IMG/VR virus record: IMGVR_UViG_3300049144_000095
Location: 96,001-160,000 of that record
Source: a virus
Lineage: Duplodnaviria > Caudoviricetes
Direction: 5' to 3' (one strand)
Length of the DNA stretch: 64,000 nucleotides
Part shown: positions 18,444-28,065 of the stretch, piece after piece
Layout of the letters: each line of letters starts with the position of its first letter
How positions within the stretch are numbered: position 1 is the stretch's first letter
Notes under the pieces: model-generated
Seen by the model: the letters and a program-made list of their open reading frames with translations, nothing else
Databases searched by the model: none
Told to the model about the DNA's origin: nothing
Program-made: the position numbers and the translations under genes

Positions 18444-18480
18444 CGGGAGGGTTCCGGGCTGAATTCGGAACCTTCCAGTG
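18444..18480 (+). repeat. intergenic stem-loop family member
   Basis: CGGGAGGGTTCCG/CGGAACCTTCCAGTG. Confidence 0.75.
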
Positions 18481-18530
18481 TGTTCCTGATCCACATGAAC
18501 ACCTTGAATCTTGACGGAAGGGAGTAAAAG

Positions 18531-18914
18531 ATGACGAACGGGACGGCGGCGATCACGTTCACGAAGGCCACGGTGAGGGAGGTCGCCGGGCGGGCGAAGG
18601 TGTTCACCGAGGGCGAGTTCGCACTGGAGACGACCGGGAGCGACCTGGGCAACGGGGTCCGGTACTTCGACGCACACACGCAGACCGTGTGGTTCGGGTC
18701 GAAGGGCGCGCGGCAGGCCTGCGCCTACTACATCGGCGGGATGCTCGGCACGGCGCAGTACGGCGACCGGCTGATCTCGGACGAGGACATGACCTACCTG
18801 AAGCGCGTGCAGGCCGCCTACATGAACGGCTCGCAGGCACGCAGGCGCGACATGGAGAACTGGGAAGAGCAGGGACGGGAGCGCGCCCGGCTGGGATTCG
18901 AAACCGCCAAGTGA
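18531..18914 (+). CDS. hypothetical protein
   Basis: ACGGAAGGGAG upstream. Confidence 0.8.
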   Translation: MTNGTAAITFTKATVREVAGRAKVFTEGEFALETTGSDLGNGVRYFDAHTQTVWFGSKGARQACAYYIGGMLGTAQYGDRLISDEDMTYLKRVQAAYMNGSQARRRDMENWEEQGRERARLGFETAK

Positions 18915-19165
18915 ACCGGTTCCAGCTCACGGTCACACCGCCCGGCGGGAATCCGATCCGCAAGGCCCCCACTCTGACGCAGGAGGTCTCGGCGTATCAG
19001 GCGATGGTGATTCTGATGAACGCCGATCCGGCCGTGGCGGTGGCGGAGCCGGTCGACTACCCCACGGCCCGGGAGTTCGGCCGGGGACTGAGCAGGGCGC
19101 CGAGCCGGTACGAGGTGAGAGACCGGCAGACCGGCATCACCTTCATGATCGAACGCACGAACTGA
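18911..19165 (+). CDS. hypothetical protein
   Basis: GTGA overlap. Confidence 0.7.
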   Translation: MNRFQLTVTPPGGNPIRKAPTLTQEVSAYQAMVILMNADPAVAVAEPVDYPTAREFGRGLSRAPSRYEVRDRQTGITFMIERTN

Positions 19166-19185
19166 CGGAACGGAGAAGAGGCGTA

Positions 19186-19854
19186 ATGCAGGGCACCGTC
19201 ACGCTCAAGAACGGCAAGGAAGTCGGCACTGGCACCTGGTTCGAGGGGAGAATGGGCTGGCACAACACCTACCGGATCATCGAGACCGCCGAGACGCACG
19301 GCTTCACGATGGACGCCGACGACCGGAAGGCGCTGGACTGGTACAAGGAGACGTCCGGCGGCTGCGGGAACGGAACCGACGACGAAGAGGACATGGCGGA
19401 GGCGATCGTCGGGCAGGGCGGCCTGTCGGACAGGGCCAGCGACTACATGGAGGAGCTGCTGCCCGACGGGTGGACGCTGCTCTGGGATGCCGGGGAGCTG
19501 TCCCTGGTGCAGAGCTACGTGGCGTGCAGCTTCCACGGCAACGGATGCGACGTCGACTTCGACCCCCGCACCGGCCGCGAGATCGTCAACCTGTGCTACG
19601 ACGACCGGCCGGACTACAAGATCAAGGTGAGCCTGCTGCGCAGCGACGGCCACTGGGTCGCGTACGGCATCGCCCTGCGGGACGAGGACGAGGACATGAC
19701 GCCGCTGGCCAGCACCGACACCACGTTCGAGGCTCCCGGGTTGGACAACCTGAAGGTCGAGGGCGACCACTGGCACCCGAGCACGATCCCTTCGCGGCAC
19801 GTGCGGGAGGCCGCCGAGAAACTGGTCGCCGAGTACGAGCGCATCAAGCGCTGA
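19186..19854 (+). CDS. acidic hypothetical protein (222 aa)
   Basis: ACGGAGAAGAGG upstream; D.A.DY...LP.GW...WDAGEL motif. Confidence 0.85.
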   Translation: MQGTVTLKNGKEVGTGTWFEGRMGWHNTYRIIETAETHGFTMDADDRKALDWYKETSGGCGNGTDDEEDMAEAIVGQGGLSDRASDYMEELLPDGWTLLWDAGELSLVQSYVACSFHGNGCDVDFDPRTGREIVNLCYDDRPDYKIKVSLLRSDGHWVAYGIALRDEDEDMTPLASTDTTFEAPGLDNLKVEGDHWHPSTIPSRHVREAAEKLVAEYERIKR

Positions 19855-19924
19855 AGGAGCACACCGGCGGCATGTGCACGGCGGAAGCCGGGCGAAAACG
19901 AGTATCAACGGAGGGGATGAACGG

Positions 19925-20287
19925 ATGTCCGAACAGAACACGATGAAGGTGCTGCGTGCGGTGCGCTTCGAGCTGGACCCGGAGGTGGGCGGCCCCGCAG
20001 TCGAAGGAGCACCGGAGATCTTCTACAGCCGACTGGACGTCATGGAGATCGAACTGCCCGAGGGGGGCACGGACGTGCTGGCCTCGGCGACGGACTCACA
20101 GGGGTCGGTCCACTGGGGGCGCTCCCTGGCCGACTTCGACGCGACGGTGGCGCTCAACGAGCGCAAGGAACGCGCCCTTGGGGCGATCCTGAGCGGCCCG
20201 GACGTGATCGTGCCGGTGGGGAGTCCGGCCATGGTGCCGGGGCCCGACCTGGCCAAGGTGGAACCGGTGCGCAAGCTCAAGAACTGA
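19925..20287 (+). CDS. hypothetical protein
   Basis: GGAGGGG upstream. Confidence 0.75.
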   Translation: MSEQNTMKVLRAVRFELDPEVGGPAVEGAPEIFYSRLDVMEIELPEGGTDVLASATDSQGSVHWGRSLADFDATVALNERKERALGAILSGPDVIVPVGSPAMVPGPDLAKVEPVRKLKN

Positions 20288-20299
20288 CCGCCCCTGCGG

Positions 20300-20335
20300 T
20301 TCGGGCGTGCACGGATCTCGCCGTGCACGCCCGTG
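20300..20335 (+). repeat. intergenic stem-loop family member
   Basis: TTCGGGCGTGCACGG/CCGTGCACGCCCGTG. Confidence 0.65.
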
Positions 20336-20361
20336 TTGTACAGACGAAAGGGAGAGCGAAG

Positions 20362-20721
20362 GTGGACCTCAAGTACAGCCGTGAGGAGTGGCTGAGCGCC
20401 GTTGAGGCGGCTGAGCTGTACGAGTGGGACGAGATCGACGCCGGGGAGAAGCACGGTCCGTTGGCGGAGTGGCTGTGCCGGGACGTGTACACGCACGAGA
20501 AGGTCGACCACGATGTGGATGTGATCACGGCGGCGATCAACGCGCTCAGGGTGCAGGGTGAGGAGGACTTCAGTCCCGAGCGGCTGGTCACCGTGCTCTG
20601 GTCGCACATCGGCGAGGTCTGGGTGGACGACAAGGTCGAGCCGCGCGAGGGCGAGGTCCAGGTCGAACCGGAAGGGACCGCTTCGCTGGCTGCCCATCGT
20701 TTCGACACGGCCAAGTGGTGA
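20362..20721 (+). CDS. acidic hypothetical protein
   Basis: GAAAGGGAGAG upstream. Confidence 0.8.
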   Translation: MDLKYSREEWLSAVEAAELYEWDEIDAGEKHGPLAEWLCRDVYTHEKVDHDVDVITAAINALRVQGEEDFSPERLVTVLWSHIGEVWVDDKVEPREGEVQVEPEGTASLAAHRFDTAKW

Positions 20722-20731
20722 CGGAGGGGTC

Positions 20732-20917
20732 ATGACGAGCATCGCACGCATGATCGAAGTGCTTCAGAACGTACCGGAGGGGATGCAGGGCAAGACGCTC
20801 GTCCTGTTCGGCCCGCAGGGTCAGCGGTGGACGGTGCGGGAGGACGTCACTCAGCTCAACGTGCAGGGGGACGAGATCCACGTGTTCGTCGAACCGCAGG
20901 AGCGGCCCTCCGTGTGA
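20732..20917 (+). CDS. hypothetical protein
   Basis: GGAGGGG upstream. Confidence 0.7.
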   Translation: MTSIARMIEVLQNVPEGMQGKTLVLFGPQGQRWTVREDVTQLNVQGDEIHVFVEPQERPSV

Positions 20918-20919
20918 TT

Positions 20920-20951
20920 CGGGAGCGCCCGGAGGGGGCCGGGCGCTGACG
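20920..20951 (+). repeat. intergenic stem-loop family member (CTGACG foot)
   Basis: CGGGAGCGCCCGG/CCGGGCGCTGACG. Confidence 0.7.
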
Positions 20952-20984
20952 TGTCCCACGGAGGCAACGGAAGGGGAAGCGCAA

Positions 20985-21224
20985 GTGATGGACTACGACG
21001 ACATGAGGGACTGGCAGTACCGGGAGGAGAATCCCGGCTACGAACGGTCGATCGGCCTGACGGCCAGTGACCTGGCGGACTGTGACCCGGAGATGGCCGT
21101 TGAGGTCGCCGGGATCTACGCCCGGGACAACCGTAAGCGCCAGGAGAACAACCTGCGTGCGGACAACGCGCGGCTGCGGGCGCTGCTGAAGGAGCACGGG
21201 ATCGACCCGGACGAACAGGACTGA
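20985..21224 (+). CDS. hypothetical protein
   Basis: ACGGAAGGGGAAG upstream. Confidence 0.75.
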   Translation: MMDYDDMRDWQYREENPGYERSIGLTASDLADCDPEMAVEVAGIYARDNRKRQENNLRADNARLRALLKEHGIDPDEQD

Positions 21225-21237
21225 TCACCACGCGTCA

Positions 21238-21270
21238 CGGGAGCGTCCGGACTCGCGCCGGGCGCTGACG
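21238..21270 (+). repeat. intergenic stem-loop family member (CTGACG foot)
   Basis: CGGGAGCGTCCGG/CCGGGCGCTGACG. Confidence 0.7.
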
Positions 21271-21312
21271 CGTCTCGTGGTGAGACGTAATCGAACGGAC
21301 TGGAGAAGAGAC

Positions 21313-21867
21313 ATGCTCAAGAGACTGAAGCGTGCGCTGGGCGCGGAGGTGGCCGACGGTGAGCCGGGAACCGGCGTGGTCGGCCGGGTGGGCACCTCCC
21401 CTGCGGGCAACTCGATCCTGGAGATCGGCACGCTCAACGAGGACAAGTCCTGGACCAAGCTGCGGGACGGCGGTCACATCGTTCTGAACCCGGACGAGCG
21501 GGAGGTGCTGATCGGGTCGTTGGAATCCCACCGGCCCTACCGCGTGCTCGAACTCGGCGACGTCGTCACCGTGAAGGGCGAGGAGTACGAGGTGCTGGCC
21601 GTGCACTACCTCAACGCCACGGCCGACGGCGAACACCTGCGCGGCGCCATCCTGACGTACAGCGCCAACAAGCAGCAGTGGGCGGTGTTCACGGCGAACC
21701 CGCAGGGCGAGGCGAACTACGGCACCTACACCCCCCACTCGCAGGACGCGCTGAACGCGTACGCCACGCGCATCGTGGAGCACACGTACACGCACTTCAA
21801 CGCCACGCCTCCGGCGCTCACGTTCGCTCACGTCGCCGACCGGGACAAGCTGAGGTCCGGGACGTGA
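21313..21867 (+). CDS. hypothetical protein
   Basis: GGAGAAGAG upstream. Confidence 0.85.
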   Translation: MLKRLKRALGAEVADGEPGTGVVGRVGTSPAGNSILEIGTLNEDKSWTKLRDGGHIVLNPDEREVLIGSLESHRPYRVLELGDVVTVKGEEYEVLAVHYLNATADGEHLRGAILTYSANKQQWAVFTANPQGEANYGTYTPHSQDALNAYATRIVEHTYTHFNATPPALTFAHVADRDKLRSGT

Positions 21868-22475
21868 ACCTGAACCTGACGGGCCTCCGGGTCGTCGCCG
21901 ACGTGAAGGGTCAGACGGTCTACGGGGTGGCCAGGGTGCGCTACCTGGACGGCCACCGGAACGCCGGTACCTACGAACTGGAGCGCAACGGTCAGCCGCC
22001 AGTCCTGGTGCCGTGGGAGGACTGCTCACCGGGCCCCAACTGGGTGGACACCCCAGAGGAGCACCGGTTCGCCGGAACAGAGTTCTACCGACCCGCCTTT
22101 CTGGACGAGACGCGCCGGGCCTACCTGACGGCGGGGTGCGGGGTGATTGTTCCGGGTGACATGGACCAGCTCCGCAACCTGATCGCCAAGGTCGAACCGG
22201 GCGACAGCGTGAACTGGTACAACTACGGCGCGAACGAGTTCCGGGGTGATCTCACGGTCGACTCGAAGGACGAGCGAGAGGTAGCACTCTCGGGATCGGC
22301 GAACGCACCGAAGTCGTATCGGTGGCCGGACGCCGAGGAGTTCGGTCCACAGTACGCGCACGAGTTCGAGGTCGCCGGTACCGCCCTGCACATCGTGAGG
22401 GTGCCTCCGGCCCGGACGGGCAAGCACCCCTCCCGTTCCCTGTCGCTCACGTTCCGGCGCCCGAGGGTGCTCTGA
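21864..22475 (+). CDS. hypothetical protein
   Basis: GTGA overlap; GC3-rich. Confidence 0.8.
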   Translation: MNLNLTGLRVVADVKGQTVYGVARVRYLDGHRNAGTYELERNGQPPVLVPWEDCSPGPNWVDTPEEHRFAGTEFYRPAFLDETRRAYLTAGCGVIVPGDMDQLRNLIAKVEPGDSVNWYNYGANEFRGDLTVDSKDEREVALSGSANAPKSYRWPDAEEFGPQYAHEFEVAGTALHIVRVPPARTGKHPSRSLSLTFRRPRVL

Positions 22476-22489
22476 AGAAAGGGGAGATC

Positions 22490-22741
22490 ATGGAATCCAG
22501 GGAGATCGACCTGCCGGAGGGATACCTCACGGTGAAGGTGCCGGGCGGGATCGTGGTGATCTCGGCGGGGCTGATCGACACGCGCACCAAGGACCCGGTG
22601 GTCGTCGTGAACGTCGACTCCAAGCACGAGTCCTCGCCGGACAGTGACGACCGGCTGTGGACCGTGGACGAGTTCCGTCCGTACGGCAAGCCGGGTGAGG
22701 TCAAGATGCGCGGCGTGAAGTGGAAGAAGGGGGGCGCATGA
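22490..22741 (+). CDS. hypothetical protein
   Basis: GAAAGGGGAG upstream. Confidence 0.75.
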   Translation: MESREIDLPEGYLTVKVPGGIVVISAGLIDTRTKDPVVVVNVDSKHESSPDSDDRLWTVDEFRPYGKPGEVKMRGVKWKKGGA

Positions 22742-22983
22742 GCTACGAGGCCTACGAGTTCAACCCGGGGCCGGGCGGGGTCGAAGTGGTGAAGGTGCCA
22801 CAGATGGACGTCCCTCGGCGCCTGCTGAAGGACGTGCGCAAGGGCCGGGTCGTCATCAGTGGCCAGGTGGAGCACCAGGACTCCGGGGAGACGGCGGTCT
22901 CGATCGTCTGGGGCCCTCACCGCAGGACGGACGGCAGTCGTCCGGTGCTCGCCTGGTACGAGTGCCTGGGACGCGATAGCTGA
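22738..22983 (+). CDS. hypothetical protein
   Basis: ATGA overlap. Confidence 0.75.
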   Translation: MSYEAYEFNPGPGGVEVVKVPQMDVPRRLLKDVRKGRVVISGQVEHQDSGETAVSIVWGPHRRTDGSRPVLAWYECLGRDS

Positions 22984-23035
22984 ACGCCTGGACGGTAATT
23001 CAGGCAAGAGTCACGAACGGGCTACTGAGTTCTGC

Positions 23036-23052
23036 TATCGTGGCCTAGGCCG
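23036..23052 (+). promoter_or_regulatory. -10-like TATCGT fused to palindrome site 4 (TGGCCTAGGCCG, 23041-23052)
   Basis: Intergenic; TAnnnT shares its last T with the palindrome. Confidence 0.75.
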
Positions 23053-23059
23053 ACGGGTT

Positions 23060-23097
23060 CGGGAGTGGCCGGTCCTTCACGGGACCGGCCACTGACG
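23060..23097 (+). repeat. intergenic stem-loop family member (CTGACG foot)
   Basis: CGGG-AGTGGCCGGTCC/GGACCGGCCACT-GACG. Confidence 0.75.
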
Positions 23098-23122
23098 TAC
23101 TTGCCGGACACGGAAGGGAGAA

Positions 23123-23293
23123 ATGATGGGTGACGACTTCAACTACGGGGCCGCGCTGATCGGGGACCTGGGGAGTCTCGATAACGGCGGCAAGATCAAG
23201 CTGACGACGGAGACCGGCGAGACCAAGTGGAAGGATCTGTCGCCGGACAAGCTGCGGCGCATCGCTGCGATCGTCGCCGAGCCGGAGGACTGA
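23123..23293 (+). CDS. hypothetical protein (56 aa; not in ORF track)
   Basis: ACGGAAGGGAG upstream; MMGDDFNYG...AEPED. Confidence 0.7.
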   Translation: MMGDDFNYGAALIGDLGSLDNGGKIKLTTETGETKWKDLSPDKLRRIAAIVAEPED

Positions 23294-23326
23294 CCGCATC
23301 CGCCGGTCAGAACGGAAGGGAGAAGG

Positions 23327-23698
23327 GTGAGCGAGCGCAGTCAGGACATGTGGCGGGTGATCATCAACGCCAGTGACGAGAACGGGAAGAAGATCTACGA
23401 CCTGCGAGCGGAGGGCGTGCTTGTTCTCCCCCGGCCGATGACCGCCCTGCATGCCGCCGACTACGCACTGCGGGTGGCGGTACGACAGGAGCCAGTACCG
23501 GCGGAGTTCGAGGTGGCGATCTGGGGCTGGGACGACCTCGCCTCGGACATCACGCGCCTGAGCGGCGCGGTCGCCAGGTACGACGACGAACGCGGTGTTT
23601 ACCTGCGGCATGCGCCCTGGCTCATCGGCGTTCAGGACCGGGAAATCGGTGAGCCCGAGGGCGCAGCCTTCTTTCCGTTGGATCAGGGGAACGCATGA
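23327..23698 (+). CDS. hypothetical protein
   Basis: ACGGAAGGGAGAAGG upstream. Confidence 0.8.
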   Translation: MSERSQDMWRVIINASDENGKKIYDLRAEGVLVLPRPMTALHAADYALRVAVRQEPVPAEFEVAIWGWDDLASDITRLSGAVARYDDERGVYLRHAPWLIGVQDREIGEPEGAAFFPLDQGNA

Positions 23699-24075
23699 GC
23701 GGGACCATGGCGCCTGAGACGGCACGGGAGGCCTGGCTGCGGGGGCATGAGGATGCTCTCCGGTACATCTCGTACGGCGATCCGTCCTCCTGGCGTGCCA
23801 TCACGGGCTCGGACCCTACAGATGAGGGCTACGCCGAGCGGATCTTCGATCGTCTCGCACGGGACTGGAAGGCGGGCTGGAATCACGGAGCCGCCCTGAT
23901 CGCGGACGGAAGCGTGCCCTGCGGCTGCGAGCACGTGAGCCACATGGAGGAGGGCACCGGCCACCTCTACATGGGTGTGCGGGCCGGACAGCAGAAGGCA
24001 CAGCACGTCGGCCGGGTGTGCGACGCCTGTGCCGCCACCCACATGAAGCCCTACCTGGTGAAACCGGAGGACTGA
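23695..24075 (+). CDS. hypothetical protein with C-terminal C.C.H..CxxC
   Basis: ATGA overlap. Confidence 0.75.
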   Translation: MSGTMAPETAREAWLRGHEDALRYISYGDPSSWRAITGSDPTDEGYAERIFDRLARDWKAGWNHGAALIADGSVPCGCEHVSHMEEGTGHLYMGVRAGQQKAQHVGRVCDACAATHMKPYLVKPED

Positions 24076-24078
24076 GCG

Positions 24079-24435
24079 ATGGCCAACGAGATCATCCGGC
24101 GTCTGCGGGACGGAGGAGTGCTCGGAGAGACGGTGGAGTCCTGGCACTGCGAGTCCGAGGGTCCGGGAGAGCCGGGCGGCCGGACCTACCACGTGCTGTA
24201 CGCACCGAACGGCCGGATCCGAGTCGATGTGAGCGGCTGCTGGTCGAGCACGTATCACACGGTGTTGATCGAGCCGGAAGAGGTACGCCCCGCCGAAGAG
24301 TGGCGGGAGCACCTGCTGGCCACCGGCCAGACGCCGGGGAGGCGGGCGTACTGCCAGCACTGCGGCCTGGAGAAGCCGGACGGGCTGATGGGTTCATGTC
24401 CCGAGGGGTGCCGGGACCACCAGCCGGAGTGGTGA
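24079..24435 (+). CDS. hypothetical protein with C-terminal zinc motif
   Basis: CQHC..CPEGC. Confidence 0.75.
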   Translation: MANEIIRRLRDGGVLGETVESWHCESEGPGEPGGRTYHVLYAPNGRIRVDVSGCWSSTYHTVLIEPEEVRPAEEWREHLLATGQTPGRRAYCQHCGLEKPDGLMGSCPEGCRDHQPEW

Positions 24436-24452
24436 CGGAAAGGAGAGAACGG

Positions 24453-24845
24453 ATGAGCTTCGGGCAGATCGAGGTCTACAGTCACGGTTCGACGCACACG
24501 CTCTACGAGTTCTGCGGGTTCGACGCCTGCCGGGATGTGATCCTGAGCAGGGGTTTCGAGATCCAGAGTGACGTGTTCGAGCGGGACGAGTTCTGGCTGG
24601 ACGAGGGCGAGGTCAAGATCACCGTCGTCGGCCGCCTGGACGAGTCGGACAGGTGCGTCTGGTGCTTCGGCTGCGGGGACTTCCTGCGCCACGCCAACGC
24701 CTCCCTGGAACCCGACGGATCGTACGCCGGGTGTGAGTGCGCCGAGCGCGGCCACGACCCGACCAAGGACCGGGAGCCGATGCGCCCGCTGGTCGTGGAG
24801 ACCGGCAAGCTGGAACTTCGCCCCTTCGAGGGAATGCACTTTTAG
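24453..24845 (+). CDS. Cys-containing hypothetical protein
   Basis: ACGGAAAGGAGAG upstream; CVWCFGC. Confidence 0.8.
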   Translation: MSFGQIEVYSHGSTHTLYEFCGFDACRDVILSRGFEIQSDVFERDEFWLDEGEVKITVVGRLDESDRCVWCFGCGDFLRHANASLEPDGSYAGCECAERGHDPTKDREPMRPLVVETGKLELRPFEGMHF

Positions 24846-24941
24846 GCGATTGAGCGGGAGGCGCCCCAGGATCACCGACCTGCGCCGGGGGTCCGGGAGT
24901 GTCGCCGGTCAAGGCGGCGGGACGGAAAGGAGGCAAGGGAC

Positions 24942-25175
24942 ATGTCGGACGTGAAGTACCCGGGGTGCATGGTCGAGCTGTTGGACGAGATCGACGGCAA
25001 CGCGGTCATCATCTTCCGGAAGGTTCGCAAGGAGCTGATCAAGTACCTGACGGAAGAGCAGGGGTGGAGTCGCGAGGAGGCCGTGAAGGAGGGTGACGCC
25101 TTCCAGGCCGAAGCCATCTCCGGTGACTACGAGGACATGCTCGCCACGTGCCGCCGCTGGGTGGACGTCATCTGA
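24942..25175 (+). CDS. conserved phage/plasmid-type hypothetical protein
   Basis: DGNA.....V...L....EA.SGDY..+L....WV motif. Confidence 0.8.
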   Translation: MSDVKYPGCMVELLDEIDGNAVIIFRKVRKELIKYLTEEQGWSREEAVKEGDAFQAEAISGDYEDMLATCRRWVDVI

Positions 25176-25187
25176 GAGGGCACGACC

Positions 25188-25499
25188 GTGAACGATGAGC
25201 AGGCACCGGAGGGCTGGACCGTTGGGCTGGAGGGCAAGGAGCCCACGGTGGCACTCTCTGATCAGACCCCCTACAAGGCAGTCTGGATCGACGTGGAGGG
25301 TCCTTCGGATGCCCTCTCCCCCACCGAAAGGCTGGCGCTGACGAGTCAGCTCGCCGAAAGGGCGGCCCGGGAGTGGGCGCAGGAGGAAGGACTCGGCACC
25401 CCGTACCTCACGGGAGCCAGCCTGGATTCCTGGGTCGCCGACAAGCGGTTCAAGCGCACGCACGCCTACCAGGCTCCGGTGGAACACGGCGGAGGCTGA
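25188..25499 (+). CDS. hypothetical protein
   Basis: GAGAGGG upstream. Confidence 0.7.
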   Translation: MNDEQAPEGWTVGLEGKEPTVALSDQTPYKAVWIDVEGPSDALSPTERLALTSQLAERAAREWAQEEGLGTPYLTGASLDSWVADKRFKRTHAYQAPVEHGGG

Positions 25500-25545
25500 C
25501 CAGGCCAAAGGATGAAAGTACGCAACCGGAAAGGAGAGGGAAACG

Positions 25546-25869
25546 ATGGAAGAGCCGAACGAGGGCTACAACTGGGCCACCAAGGCGGTGTCGGACTGGG
25601 TCATGAGTGACCCGGTTGTCCGGGATGCGGCGGCGGACGTGATCCGCGTGCACGCCGGACCCCGGGCCGGGTTCTGGCTGGCCGAACTCCTCTGGCGGGC
25701 GCTGTACGGGCCAGGACTGCCGTTCGTGAACAGGTCCAACCTGGCTCGCCATCTTCGTGGCGAACTGGGGGCCGTATCGGAACCGAACTTCGTGCACGTC
25801 GACTTCGAGGCGATCCGGCTCCGGCTGGCCCAGTACGAGGCGGAGGGTGGCAATCGTGCCGGAGCGTGA
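25546..25869 (+). CDS. hypothetical protein
   Basis: CCGGAAAGGAGAGGG upstream. Confidence 0.75.
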   Translation: MEEPNEGYNWATKAVSDWVMSDPVVRDAAADVIRVHAGPRAGFWLAELLWRALYGPGLPFVNRSNLARHLRGELGAVSEPNFVHVDFEAIRLRLAQYEAEGGNRAGA

Positions 25870-26212
25870 GGTCTGGGTGGACTTCGACGGCAATCCGCTG
25901 AAGTTCCAGTACGGCGACTACGTCCGCATCGACATCTCATCGAACCCGGCACGAGCACACGGCGTCCCCTTCCTGGAAGGCTACGTCCGGGGCTACAGCC
26001 TGTCACAGGTGAGTGACAGAACATGCAGCGCCGCCTATGAACTGTTCCAGCTCGGCAACCCCCCGCTGCGGTACGTGCTGGAGGGGGTCCTCGTTCGCGC
26101 CGAGGAACGACTCCCCCACTCGTGCCCATCGGGCCGGGAGTGCCCGCTGTGCGGGAACGGCGCCCCCGCGCGGGGGCTGTCGATCTTCGACGGACCCAAG
26201 ATCAAGGACTGA
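25856..26212 (+). CDS. hypothetical protein
   Basis: GGAGGG upstream; C-terminal C..C..C. Confidence 0.7.
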   Translation: MPEREVWVDFDGNPLKFQYGDYVRIDISSNPARAHGVPFLEGYVRGYSLSQVSDRTCSAAYELFQLGNPPLRYVLEGVLVRAEERLPHSCPSGRECPLCGNGAPARGLSIFDGPKIKD

Positions 26213-26227
26213 CGGAAGGAGAAGGGC

Positions 26228-26491
26228 ATGCCCGGACCGGACAAGACGATCAAGGTCGGACCGAACGACCGGCTGGTGCGAGTGCTGCTGCCGAACGGAG
26301 AAGGCGCCGTGGACATCGTGCTGGGGTTGACGAAGGACGACGGCCAGGAGTGCATTCGCGTGGACGTGGCATCCGACAGCGAACGCTACGGTCCCGACAG
26401 GCACGGCCGGACCTGGGCCGTCGAGAACGGCAACCCGGGACCCGGGGTCGTGTTCCTCATCGCCCAGAAGCGAGCGGGCGAAGGTGAGTAG
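26228..26491 (+). CDS. hypothetical protein
   Basis: ACGGAAGGAGAAGGG upstream. Confidence 0.8.
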   Translation: MPGPDKTIKVGPNDRLVRVLLPNGEGAVDIVLGLTKDDGQECIRVDVASDSERYGPDRHGRTWAVENGNPGPGVVFLIAQKRAGEGE

Positions 26492-26984
26492 GCCGCCATT
26501 CGGCCACGACGCCGACCTGGACGACCCGCTGACGAAGCTCCGCATCGCCGTCACGCGCTCGCACCCGATGTCGTCCTACCTGGTGGCGTTCGACCGGGAG
26601 AGCGAGGCCCGGCCCACCGAGAGGGAGGCCAAGATGCTCGCCTCCTACCTGGCTGAGTACAAGCACCACTACTACAAAGGCGGCCCGTTCGAGCGGCAGA
26701 TGACCAAACGCCCCCTGGATGTGGACAACAACGCCAACGGTGTCATCTTCCGGAAGTGGGCCGAGGATGACTGGGGGCTCCGCCGTCAGTCGCAGGACAG
26801 GGGGCCACTGTACGTCCCCATGTCACCGTCGGCACGGAAGGCGTACCCCCGCGAGAACCCCCTCGGTCCGCTGACCCTTCAGCAGCTCATGGACTGGGAT
26901 CACGCCAAGGGGGTCGGGGACGAGCCGCTACCGCGCTGGGTGGCATGGAAGGCGGCGCACCCCGAGGTGTTCGGGGAGCAGTGA
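26484..26984 (+). CDS. hypothetical protein
   Basis: Overlaps upstream stop; GC3-rich. Confidence 0.8.
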   Translation: MSRPPFGHDADLDDPLTKLRIAVTRSHPMSSYLVAFDRESEARPTEREAKMLASYLAEYKHHYYKGGPFERQMTKRPLDVDNNANGVIFRKWAEDDWGLRRQSQDRGPLYVPMSPSARKAYPRENPLGPLTLQQLMDWDHAKGVGDEPLPRWVAWKAAHPEVFGEQ

Positions 26985-27071
26985 CAGGGGGGGGCGCCCT
27001 AGGGTGTCCGGCTCCGGCCGGGCACCCGGGAGTGCCGCTCACAGGGAGCGACACGGAAGGGAGAAGAGACG

Positions 27072-27161
27072 GTGAAGGTCGAGGGGTGGCTGGCGGCCGA
27101 CCCGGAGGACGACGACCTGGGCAAGCAGGCCGACGAGATCCGCCGCAAGCACGGCATCTGA
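27072..27161 (+). CDS. micro-protein (29 aa; MKVEGWLAADPEDDDLGKQADEIRRKHGI)
   Basis: ACGGAAGGGAGAAGAG directly upstream. Confidence 0.55.
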   Translation: MKVEGWLAADPEDDDLGKQADEIRRKHGI

Positions 27162-27222
27162 CAAGCTGCACCGGGGCGGCCGGTACCCTCCGGCCGCCCC
27201 CCACCGGAGGGGAAGGAACGGG

Positions 27223-27699
27223 ATGCTCAAGAAGCGGTTCATCGTCGTCTCACGCAGTGCTGGAAGCGTGGATTCGATCCAGGCTCTTCGGGGCCGGTTC
27301 ACGGGGGATCTGGCGAGTGTCGACGTGGCGTTCGACGAGATCGCCGGAGCTGCGGAGGCGATCGAACACGATCTCAAGGGGCGAGGGGTGAAGCCGAGGA
27401 CGGCTACCCGCCTCGCCTGGGACATGTCTCGCACGCAGGTCGGGTTCATCCATCACGTTCCCGAAGCCGCTGACATGTACTACCGCATTCTAATCGCCCA
27501 CTTCACGTCGAACAAGAGACCGATCACCCCGGGGCTGAGCGTGCGGGACTACGACCAGCGGAAGGGCGTGGTCACGGCAGCTCAGTTCATGGCCGACTCC
27601 CCCATGGCCCCCGGAGGGGTCTACCACGACGGCTGGTACTACGTGGAGGCCAACCGGGAGGCCAAGAGGTACCAGGGCTCGAAGCTGGTGGCGCTGTGA
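27223..27699 (+). CDS. hypothetical protein
   Basis: GGAGGGGAAGG upstream. Confidence 0.75.
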   Translation: MLKKRFIVVSRSAGSVDSIQALRGRFTGDLASVDVAFDEIAGAAEAIEHDLKGRGVKPRTATRLAWDMSRTQVGFIHHVPEAADMYYRILIAHFTSNKRPITPGLSVRDYDQRKGVVTAAQFMADSPMAPGGVYHDGWYYVEANREAKRYQGSKLVAL

Positions 27700-28046
27700 T
27701 CACGCGAGAGCAGGCGGAACAGGCTCTGGCCTGCATCCGGCGACAGTTCCGGGTGGAGGTCGGCATCTACGGTTCCGAGCCGAAGCTGATCGAGAACTGG
27801 AAGCCCTTCGTGTGGGAGGGCCGGGAAGTGCACACCGAGCCGGTCCCTTTCGCCATCCTGTGGGAGGAGGGGCCAGATCACTGGGCGGAGCGGGCAAGAA
27901 CGGGCGGCGTGGACGAAGAGCTGACCCTGGAAGCCAGGGACTTCGACAAGAACTACGTCGTCGAGACTCCGGCGGCAACAGGCTGGCCGGAGGGCGTGGG
28001 GCAGTCGGCCTACTTTTCATGGGTGCTCACCCTCTACTCGGAGTGA
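27696..28046 (+). CDS. hypothetical protein
   Basis: GTGA overlap. Confidence 0.75.
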   Translation: MITREQAEQALACIRRQFRVEVGIYGSEPKLIENWKPFVWEGREVHTEPVPFAILWEEGPDHWAERARTGGVDEELTLEARDFDKNYVVETPAATGWPEGVGQSAYFSWVLTLYSE

Positions 28047-28065
28047 AGGACGGAGAGGCGGAATC

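Noticed and set aside
26996-27005. Extra CCTAGG hexamers (26998 and 61798)
   Set aside because: Flanks break the YGRCCTAGGYCR consensus (GCCCTAGGGT; GGCCTAGGGT, where TAG is a stop codon); not counted
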